NCBI GenBank assembly: GCA_942493105.1
Contig: OW818668.1
Span: forward strand, 1,290,001 to 1,322,000
Direction of reading: 5' to 3'
Origin: an uncultured Erysipelotrichaceae bacterium
GTDB lineage: Bacteria; Bacillota_I; Bacilli_A; Erysipelotrichales; Erysipelotrichaceae
DNA length: 32,000 bases
Positions 25,524 to 32,000 of this stretch are shown here, one piece after another. The position numbers and the translations under genes are program-made. The number at the start of each line of letters is the position of its first letter. The stretch's first letter is position 1. Below the pieces are notes generated by a model. It did not search any database. It had not been told where the DNA came from and saw nothing but the letters and a program-made list of their open reading frames with translations.

Positions 25524-26175
25524 ATTCAAATTGATCCCAAGGATATGACCGAGGCAATTCAGAGTGAAAGTACATGATTTCTTGAGTGATGGGATGAGGG
25601 AAACTTAAAGATGTTGCCCATAAAGCTAATTGCTGACCCGGTTTAGCATCTCGATTATATCGGGCATCCCCCCACAGCGGACGATGACGGCTGGCAAACT
25701 GAACTCTGATTTGATGAGATCGGCCTGTGATGAGTTGGATTTCAACAAACTGTAACGTTTCTTTACTGCCGAGCACTTTAAATCTTAACTCACTATATTT
25801 ACCTAAAGCACTTGAGGTGACGCTTGAAGTATTGGTTTTTTCATCTTTGATCAAATGATCGATCAAGATTCTTTCATTAGGAAGTTTACCTACTAAGATG
25901 GCTTTATAAACCTTATTAAACTGATCTGTTCGTATCGATTCTGATAATCGTGAAGCAGCTTTTGAAGTCTTCGCAAACACGGCCACACCGCCTACAGGTC
26001 GATCTAAGCGATGAACCATCCCACAGTAGACATTACCAGGCTTATGATACTTTTCCTTAAGGTAAGTCTTGCATAAGCTTAAGAGATCCATATCTTTGGA
26101 TTCATCTTCCTGCATAGGGATATTGATGGGTTTTTCGATCACCAGAAGGTGATTATCTTCATAGATGATCTTCAT
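25522..26175 (-). CDS. RluA-family pseudouridine synthase (no S4 domain)
   Basis: Catalytic motif GMVHRLDRPVGGVAVFAKT plus the downstream TGRSHQIRVQ motif, both typical of the RluA family. Confidence 0.85.
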   Translation of the reverse strand: MKIIYEDNHLLVIEKPINIPMQEDESKDMDLLSLCKTYLKEKYHKPGNVYCGMVHRLDRPVGGVAVFAKTSKAASRLSESIRTDQFNKVYKAILVGKLPNERILIDHLIKDEKTNTSSVTSSALGKYSELRFKVLGSKETLQFVEIQLITGRSHQIRVQFASRHRPLWGDARYNRDAKPGQQLALWATSLSFPHPITQEIMYFHSELPRSYPWDQFE

Positions 26176-27038
26176 TTGAAGATTACCCGAGCACTGTTAC
26201 CACACTCTAAAGGTGTGTTTTTATATTTGATGGGTAAGATCAAATTGGCACATTGGGTTTCTGCTTGATCAAGTGGAAACTGATCATGCATCAAGGCTTT
26301 TAAATCATGCAGATCAAAATTTGCACTGTAGGTAGAAACTAAGAAAAACAAAGGTTTTTTAGATAGAAGTTGTTTACACAATTCAATCAACTTTTGAAGC
26401 TGTTCATTAAATTTCCACAGTTCGCCTTTAGGACCTCTTCCAAAAGGTGGAGGATCCATGATGATGGCATCATAAGTATGGCCTCTGCGAATTTCTCGCT
26501 GCACAAATTTTGAGACATCATCGACGATATATCGGATGTGTGCTTCGCTTAGATTACTTAATTGGGAATTTTCCTTGGCCCATTGAACGATCCCTTTAGA
26601 GGCATCGACATGAACGACAGATGCGCCTTCTTTAGCACAAGCCAATGTTGCAGCTCCAGTATATGCGAATAAATTGAGCACAGAAATCGGACGTTTCGCA
26701 TTCTTGATAAGACCTCTCATCCAGTCCCAATTAGAAGCTTGTTCAGGAAAAATGCCAGTATGTTTGTATAAGGTAGGGGAGATCTTAAAAGTCAGATCTT
26801 GATAGTTTATGGACCAAGAAGTCGGGATTTCTTTTCTAAAAATCCATTCACCTATAGCGTTTCCGGAGCGATAACTTGCATCAGCACTCATCCAATGATG
26901 AGCCTTCATATCGCTGACATAATCCAAGGCATTGACATCAGGTCGTCTTAAAACATAGGACCCAAAACGTTCAAGTTTTTCACCTTCACCAACATCGATC
27001 AATTCATACTCAATCCAATTTCCAGGGGTAAATGACAT
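26172..27038 (-). CDS. class I SAM-dependent methyltransferase, RlmI/RlmL-like (Methyltrans_SAM type), probable rRNA methyltransferase
   Basis: VLNLFAYTGAATLACAKEGASVVHVDASK (SAM motif I) and YDAIIMDPPPFGRGPKGE (DPPxF catalytic motif). The stop overlaps the rluA-like start (ATGA). ATG 27038 (MSFTPGNW) is preferred to 27095, whose N-terminal 19 aa look non-native. Confidence 0.75.
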   Translation of the reverse strand: MSFTPGNWIEYELIDVGEGEKLERFGSYVLRRPDVNALDYVSDMKAHHWMSADASYRSGNAIGEWIFRKEIPTSWSINYQDLTFKISPTLYKHTGIFPEQASNWDWMRGLIKNAKRPISVLNLFAYTGAATLACAKEGASVVHVDASKGIVQWAKENSQLSNLSEAHIRYIVDDVSKFVQREIRRGHTYDAIIMDPPPFGRGPKGELWKFNEQLQKLIELCKQLLSKKPLFFLVSTYSANFDLHDLKALMHDQFPLDQAETQCANLILPIKYKNTPLECGNSARVIFK

Positions 27039-27141
27039 GGCCTTATTATAACACAATGACCATAAGGAGCTCTTGCGGAGAAAGAGAAGAAACATGTGTT
27101 TTCTGTGGGATAAATGTGTGAAAACCCCTTATTTAAAGCCG

Positions 27142-27147
27142 TATAAT
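27142..27147 (+). promoter_or_regulatory. candidate -10 box (TATAAT) for the opuC operon, giving a leader of about 170 nt
   Basis: gccgTATAATgc, with a weak -35-like gtgaaa 18 nt upstream. This is the only consensus -10 in the 27096-27322 intergenic region. Confidence 0.35.
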
Positions 27148-27322
27148 GCAATTCTCATTAAACTTTCACAAAGTCAAAATATGACCATTCTATAAGGGAA
27201 TTATGGATGTACTTAAGTCGAAGAAGCTTGTTTTAGTATGTTTTGTGCAGCCTAAAAATTGATTTAGGGGTATCTATTCGTTAAAATTAAGCGGTAACAT
27301 ACAATTGTCAGGAGGAATGCAT

Positions 27323-28441
27323 ATGATCGAGTATCGACATATACACAAGGCCTATCATGGCAAAATCATCATCAATGATCTTAATTTAACCATCAAGGAC
27401 GGGGAGTTTGTTATACTCATTGGACCCTCTGGATGCGGTAAGACCACCACGTTGAAAATGCTGAATAGGTTGATTGCGAATGAAAAAGGCGAGATTTTTA
27501 TCGATGGTAAAAACATCAAAGAAATAAATGTGACTCAATTGAGAACTTCAATTGGGTATGTCATTCAACAGATTGGTCTGTTTCCAAACATGAGTGTTGA
27601 ACAGAACATTTCCGTCGTCCCTAAACTTTTAAAATGGGAAAAGAATAGAATCAAAGATCGTGTCAAAGAATTGCTAAAGATGGTTGATATGCCCTATGAA
27701 GATTATGCAGGCAAATATCCCAATCAGTTATCAGGCGGGCAACAACAACGTGTCGGAGTACTACGTGCCTTGGCAGCCAATCCTCCCATCTTACTAATGG
27801 ATGAACCCTTTGGAGCCCTAGATCCAATTACCCGTGATATCTTACAAGATGAAATCAAAATGCTTCAGCAAAAGCTCAAGATCACCATCGTTTTTGTGAC
27901 CCATGATATGTCTGAAGCCATCAAATTAGGCGATACCATTGTCTTTATGGACAAAGGCGAAATCATTCAACAGGCATCCCCCGAAGAAATGTTGAGCAAT
28001 CCGGAATCGACGATCGTCAGACAATTCATGGGCAAACATTTAAATAGTCCCAATACACCAAAACTGAAGTGTATGGACATCATGCGTCCACAGGTTTTTT
28101 GGACAACACCTAATCGTAAGACATTAGAATGTCTAGAAATGATGAAGAATCGCCATACCGATGCCTTAGTCGTGGTCGATAAGAATAAAACCTACATTGG
28201 TTATATTACTGTTCAAGACATCTCTGATAAAGGCGTACCAGGCAAAACGATTGAAGCTTTGATCAGAACAGATCGAGCTACCTTTAAGTTAACCGACAAT
28301 GCGCAAGATGCGGTCAATACTTTGTTGAATGAAAATGTCAATTTCGTCGCAGTTGTCGACGATGATTCTAAGTTGTCAGGCATCATCACAAAGAGTTCTC
28401 TCGCAAAATCGCTCAGTGATGTCGTATGGGGCCAATCATGA
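27323..28441 (+). CDS. opuCA: OpuC-type glycine betaine/carnitine/choline ABC transporter ATP-binding protein with C-terminal tandem CBS domains
   Basis: Walker A GPSGCGKTT, signature LSGGQQQRV, Walker B ILLMDEPFGALD. The C-terminal 120 aa is a CBS pair (IMRPQVFWTTPNRKTLECLEMMKNRHTDALVVVD...VNFVAVVDDDSKLSGIITKSSL). AGGAGG at 27310-27315 fits ATG 27323. Confidence 0.9.
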   Translation: MIEYRHIHKAYHGKIIINDLNLTIKDGEFVILIGPSGCGKTTTLKMLNRLIANEKGEIFIDGKNIKEINVTQLRTSIGYVIQQIGLFPNMSVEQNISVVPKLLKWEKNRIKDRVKELLKMVDMPYEDYAGKYPNQLSGGQQQRVGVLRALAANPPILLMDEPFGALDPITRDILQDEIKMLQQKLKITIVFVTHDMSEAIKLGDTIVFMDKGEIIQQASPEEMLSNPESTIVRQFMGKHLNSPNTPKLKCMDIMRPQVFWTTPNRKTLECLEMMKNRHTDALVVVDKNKTYIGYITVQDISDKGVPGKTIEALIRTDRATFKLTDNAQDAVNTLLNENVNFVAVVDDDSKLSGIITKSSLAKSLSDVVWGQS

Positions 28442-29079
28442 GTTTTGATTTAAAGTATCTAAAATACATGCCGAAACTAGGTGAGGCCATTATGGTTCAC
28501 ATGTCTTATGTGTTGTGGTCAGTATTGATTGGAACTGTTATTGCTTTGGTTTTGGCGATATTTCTATCCAGAAATCGGAAATTGGCCAAATATATCTTGC
28601 CTGTATTGAGTGTGTTTCAAACCATCCCAGGTATTGTCTTTATTGGGATCTTGTTTATCTATTTAGGAATGAAACCCATCACGATCATCATTGCTTTGGC
28701 TCTATATGCAATTTTACCTATCTTAAAGAATGCTTATACGGGAATCATCACAGTCGATCCCGGACTTTTAGAGGCAGGGAAAGGCTGTGGGATGACTCCA
28801 CTGGATATTTTGATCAAGATCGAATTGCCGATGTCGGTCGGTGCCATCTTTGGTGGTATACGGATGTCGACGATCTACATCATCAGTTGGGCTGTTTTAG
28901 CAGCTATGATTGGACAGGGCGGCTTAGGTGAATTCATCTACCGCGGCATTGATACCAACGTTAAGGAATACATCATCATGGGTGCCATACCGGCAGCCTT
29001 ATTGGCCATTGGAAGTGGTTTTCTGATCGATTGGCTTCAAGTTTTGTTTACACCGAAAGGACTTAGGAAAAAGATATGA
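28438..29079 (+). CDS. opuCB: OpuC-type ABC transporter permease
   Basis: BPD-transport permease with about 6 TM segments. The EAA-like loop is EAGKGCGMTPLDILIKIELP. ATGA overlap with the opuCA stop. Confidence 0.85.
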   Translation: MSFDLKYLKYMPKLGEAIMVHMSYVLWSVLIGTVIALVLAIFLSRNRKLAKYILPVLSVFQTIPGIVFIGILFIYLGMKPITIIIALALYAILPILKNAYTGIITVDPGLLEAGKGCGMTPLDILIKIELPMSVGAIFGGIRMSTIYIISWAVLAAMIGQGGLGEFIYRGIDTNVKEYIIMGAIPAALLAIGSGFLIDWLQVLFTPKGLRKKI

Positions 29080-29675
29080 ACCTAGATGCAGCACTTCAGC
29101 ATTTCTATTTGGTTTTTATGGCTTCGATCTTCATCCTTACGATTGGTTTGGTGTTAGGTGTCAGTGCCTATCTATTCAAGTGGATCCGTAAACCAATCTT
29201 GCTTTTGTTGGATCTGTTTCAAACGATCCCGTCTTTGGCTACGCTAGGCTTTTTGGTGGTCATCTTTGGAGCTAACGCGACGACCGTTATCATCGGTCTG
29301 GTCATGTATTCACTGTTGCCTGTGGTTAAGAATACCTTGCTGGGCTTAGAATCTGTTTCGCCTGGCATTAAGGAAGCTGCCATTGGGATGGGCATGAATC
29401 AAATGCAACGCTTATTTAGCGTTGAGTTACCTTTAGCTTTCCCCATGGTGTATGCCGGGATGAGAATTGCAGTTGTTACATCGATTGGATTTGCCGTATT
29501 TGGCGCAATCGTAGGAGGAGGTGGATTAGGGACCATATTATATCGAGGAGTCAGGATCCAGAATTTGGGCATGATTCTCTCAGGAACAGCCACGCTGATG
29601 ATTTTATCCATTGTGATCGATGGATTCATGGGCTTGGTCGAGAAAAAATATTTTCAACCTAAACAAGGAGGCTAA
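29076..29675 (+). CDS. opuCD: OpuC-type ABC transporter permease (second subunit)
   Basis: Paralogue of the preceding permease. The EAA-like loop is EAAIGMGMNQMQRLFSVELP. ATGA overlap with the upstream stop. Confidence 0.85.
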   Translation: MNLDAALQHFYLVFMASIFILTIGLVLGVSAYLFKWIRKPILLLLDLFQTIPSLATLGFLVVIFGANATTVIIGLVMYSLLPVVKNTLLGLESVSPGIKEAAIGMGMNQMQRLFSVELPLAFPMVYAGMRIAVVTSIGFAVFGAIVGGGGLGTILYRGVRIQNLGMILSGTATLMILSIVIDGFMGLVEKKYFQPKQGG

Positions 29676-29676
29676 A

Positions 29677-30567
29677 ATGAAAAAAATTTGGATCAGTTTA
29701 ATACTGGTAATCAGTTTATTAGGTGCATGTACTTCTGCCCCAAAAGCGAAGCAGCTCACGATCATCGATGGGGACTATGGGGAAATGTATTTGTTTACAC
29801 AAATGGCAAAGATCTTGATTGAAGATAAGACCGATTATAAAGTCAAGATCAATCCGACCATGGCCGTAACATTAGCCTATGATCAAATCAGAACAGGTAA
29901 GATGGATATGCGTCTAGGTTATGATGGGACCTTAATGGCAACCTTATTACAGCTTGATTTATCCACCAAACCGGCAGAATTGACTGTCTATGAATATGCC
30001 AATCGTGAAGGCAAGAAAAAAGGCGTTGAACTCTTAGGAAAACTGGGCTTTCAAAATACTTATGCGGTAGCTGTTACCAAAGAAGTAGCCGCTCAATACA
30101 ATTTAACAAAAGTCTCAGATTTGATTCCCATTGCGGATAAGCTTATCTTTGGGGCTGAACATCAATTCTTTGATGAAGAAGGAACCGTTCGCTACAAACC
30201 CTTTACAAAATTCTATGGCTTGAATTTCAAAGATGGGATATCACTTGACCTCAACTTGAAATATGCGGCTATGGCCAGCAAAAACATCGATGTGACCTTA
30301 GTTTATGGCACAGATGGATTAAATCTCAAGTATGAATTGGTTGTTTTGGAAGATGATAAAGTCTTCTTCCCTGAATACTATGGAGCCTATATGATCCGTA
30401 GCGATCTAGAGAAAGATTTCCCTGGCATCAAAGCAGTATTGGCTGTTTTAGAAAACACTTTTACTTTAGAAAGCACGATTGCCTTAAACTATAAGATCGA
30501 TGTTGACAATGAAGATCCTTATGATGTTGCCTATGAATATCTAAAATCAAAGAATTTGATCGATTAA
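29677..30567 (+). CDS. opuCC: OpuC-type compatible-solute-binding lipoprotein (OpuAC/PF04069-like SBP)
   Basis: Lipoprotein signal MKKIWISLILVISLLGAC (lipobox LLGAC). LGFQNTYAVAV and the FFPEYYGAY aromatic-box-like segments. AAGGAGG SD at 29665-29671. The track start at 29620 is rejected. Confidence 0.85.
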   Translation: MKKIWISLILVISLLGACTSAPKAKQLTIIDGDYGEMYLFTQMAKILIEDKTDYKVKINPTMAVTLAYDQIRTGKMDMRLGYDGTLMATLLQLDLSTKPAELTVYEYANREGKKKGVELLGKLGFQNTYAVAVTKEVAAQYNLTKVSDLIPIADKLIFGAEHQFFDEEGTVRYKPFTKFYGLNFKDGISLDLNLKYAAMASKNIDVTLVYGTDGLNLKYELVVLEDDKVFFPEYYGAYMIRSDLEKDFPGIKAVLAVLENTFTLESTIALNYKIDVDNEDPYDVAYEYLKSKNLID

Positions 30568-30570
30568 CGA

Positions 30571-30595
30571 AAAAAGACTCGAAAGAGTCTTTTTT
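30571..30595. terminator. bidirectional terminator between opuCC and tRNA-Gln
   Basis: aaaaagactc-gaaa-gagtcttttt. The A-tract and T-tract flank a GACTC/GAGTC core, and the hairpin lies 8 nt from the tRNA 3' end on the other strand. Confidence 0.8.
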
Positions 30596-30603
30596 GATGG
30601 TCA

Positions 30604-30678
30604 TGGCTGGGGTACAAGGATTCGAACCTTGGAGTGCCAGAGTCAGAGTCTGGAGCCTTACCGCTTGGCCATACCCCA
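30604..30678 (-). tRNA. tRNA-Gln (anticodon CUG), CCA encoded
   Basis: The reverse complement folds by hand into a cloverleaf: acceptor TGGGGTA/TACCCCA, anticodon stem CCAGA/TCTGG, loop CT-CTG-AC, T arm CAAGG-TTCGAAT-CCTTG, discriminator G, then CCA. Length is 75 nt. Confidence 0.9.
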
Positions 30679-30733
30679 ATAAAGTGTGCACGTTGCGCTT
30701 AACTATTATATAATATCTATCGGAGATATGTCT

Positions 30734-32000
30734 ATGAAAAAAGTGAGAACACGTTTTGCCCCAAGTCCTACCGGTTACATGCATATTGGTAATCTTAGGA
30801 CTGCTTTGTATGAGTATTTGGTCGCTAAAAAAGATGGCGGAGATTTCATCTTGCGCATTGAAGACACTGATCAAGCCCGCTTGGTCGAAGGCAGTGTCGA
30901 AATCATTTATGATACCTTAGCTCAAGTTGGACTAATTCATGATGAAGGACCTGATAAACCTGGTAAATATGGACCTTATGTTCAATCTGAACGTTTACCG
31001 ATGTATAAGCAATATGCCTTGGAACTTGTCAGATTAGGCGGAGCCCATGTGTGTTTTTGCCAAGAAGACATCATTCAAGGCCAAAGAGATGCGGCTGAAA
31101 AAGCCGGTGTTCCTTTTAAATTCAGTGATCCCTGTCACTTCTTAAATCCTGTTGATGTTGAAAAGCGAGTAGACTCCAATGAAGCCTATGTTATTCGTCA
31201 AACCATCAAACCTGGTGCGTCTACGCTCTTTCATGACGAAGTCTATGGCGACATCGAAGTCGAACGAGATATTTTAGATGAACAAGTCCTCTTAAAATCA
31301 GATGGCTTTCCAACCTATAATTTCGCCAACGTCATCGATGATCATACGATGGAAATCACCCATGTCGTTAGAGGTAATGAGTATTTGTCTTCGACCCCTA
31401 AATATAATCTGCTTTATGAATCTTTCGGTTGGGAAAAACCAATCTATATTCATGTCCCACCGGTCATGAAAGATGAGACCCATAAATTATCCAAAAGAAA
31501 TGGCGATGCTTCTTTCCAAGATCTCGTCGCGAAAGGTTATCTGCCTCAAGCCATCATCAATTACATTGCTTTATTAGGATGGTCGCCAGAAGGCACTCAA
31601 GAAATCTTTACTTTAGAAGAACTTAAGAGCGCATTCAGTGTTTCACGTATCTCAAAATCAGGATCCATCTTTGATATTGAGAAACTTAAATGGATGAATG
31701 GGATGTATTTAAGAGCCATGTCTTTGGATGAATTCCATGCGATCTGTTTGCCTACGCTCAAAGAAGCCATTCATATTCCTTGCGACCTAAAAGAAGTCAG
31801 CAAGATGCTTCAACAACGGGTCAATGTCTTATCAGAAATCCCAGAGATGGTTGATTTCTTAGATACTTTCCCTGAATATGATGTTCAGATGTATTTTCAT
31901 CCTAAAATGAAGACCGATAAGGGAATCTGTTTAAGAGCCCTGGATGCTTCACTTCATGTGTATGAAGAAATAAATGACTGGAATGATATCTTAGAACTAC
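30734..32000 (+). CDS. gltX: glutamyl-tRNA synthetase, 3'-truncated by window edge (not in ORF track because no stop is reached)
   Basis: MKKVRTRFAPSPTGYMHIGNLRTALYEY (HIGH-type motif) and HKLSKRNG (KMSKS motif, about 31480-31503). GGAGA SD at 30722-30726. Confidence 0.9.
   Translation, partial: MKKVRTRFAPSPTGYMHIGNLRTALYEYLVAKKDGGDFILRIEDTDQARLVEGSVEIIYDTLAQVGLIHDEGPDKPGKYGPYVQSERLPMYKQYALELVRLGGAHVCFCQEDIIQGQRDAAEKAGVPFKFSDPCHFLNPVDVEKRVDSNEAYVIRQTIKPGASTLFHDEVYGDIEVERDILDEQVLLKSDGFPTYNFANVIDDHTMEITHVVRGNEYLSSTPKYNLLYESFGWEKPIYIHVPPVMKDETHKLSKRNGDASFQDLVAKGYLPQAIINYIALLGWSPEGTQEIFTLEELKSAFSVSRISKSGSIFDIEKLKWMNGMYLRAMSLDEFHAICLPTLKEAIHIPCDLKEVSKMLQQRVNVLSEIPEMVDFLDTFPEYDVQMYFHPKMKTDKGICLRALDASLHVYEEINDWNDILEL

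Noticed and set aside
27148-27322. opuC leader considered as a c-di-AMP (ydaO/kimA-type) or other riboswitch
   Set aside because: I could not find the conserved motifs or a pseudo-two-fold helical arrangement by eye. It is kept only as a point to test with Infernal, not claimed as a feature.
28515-28931. 138-aa ORF inside the opuCB permease gene (other frame)
   Set aside because: A shadow ORF in an alternate frame of a clearly conserved permease. Its Cys/His/Trp/Arg-rich composition is typical of out-of-frame translation.
30461-30874. 137-aa minus-strand ORF spanning the opuCC end, terminator, tRNA-Gln and gltX start
   Set aside because: It overlaps a tRNA gene, a terminator and two well-supported CDSs, so it cannot be real.
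1-32000. Possibility of a Mollicutes-type code (TGA = Trp), given the very low GC
   Set aside because: All conserved genes (lplA, cls, opuC, gltX, the 2229-codon protease ORF) are complete under the standard code, with TGA working as a stop (for example 28439-28441 and 29077-29079, both in ATGA overlaps). An LCP wall ligase also implies a walled organism.

Overview
The window looks like chromosome from a low-GC, standard-genetic-code, cell-walled Firmicute-like bacterium; long ORFs need no TGA recoding and an LCP wall-ligase is present. It falls into four blocks. (1) About 1-9.9 kb is a very AT-rich Wzx/Wzy-type surface-polysaccharide locus. It holds three or more glycosyltransferases, two acetyltransferases, a Wzy-like polymerase and a Wzx flippase, with a convergent CpsA-type LCP gene at its end. 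The first glycosyltransferase is split by a frameshift inside an A7G5 homopolymer run. (2) About 10-16.7 kb is housekeeping: an anchored envelope protein, lipoate-protein ligase, a small membrane protein, and a tightly packed run of a CPYC glutaredoxin-like protein, GNAT, PHP phosphatase, cardiolipin synthase and patatin phospholipase. (3) 16.7-18.6 kb is the best candidate for an undescribed system. A small conserved-hypothetical gene is followed by a 418-aa PD-(D/E)xK nuclease-like protein, whose 3' end overlaps by 8 nt, behind a strong SD, a 65-aa His-rich miniprotein built from three D-[DE]-H-[HY]-[KR]-[IV]-[IL]-G-[YH] repeats. Directly downstream is a 2225-aa secreted S8 subtilase: protease, PPC-like domain, three Ig-like modules and 16 FN3 domains. 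The last 11 FN3 domains form a four-domain super-repeat of about 1.1 kb, and I see no recognisable wall anchor. (4) 25.5-32 kb holds an overlapping RluA pseudouridine synthase and SAM-methyltransferase pair, an OpuC-type compatible-solute ABC transporter (CBS-ATPase, two permeases, lipoprotein SBP), tRNA-Gln(CUG), and the 5' 1.27 kb of gltX, which runs off the window and is absent from the ORF track. I saw no CRISPR array, rRNA, or intact transposase or integrase.
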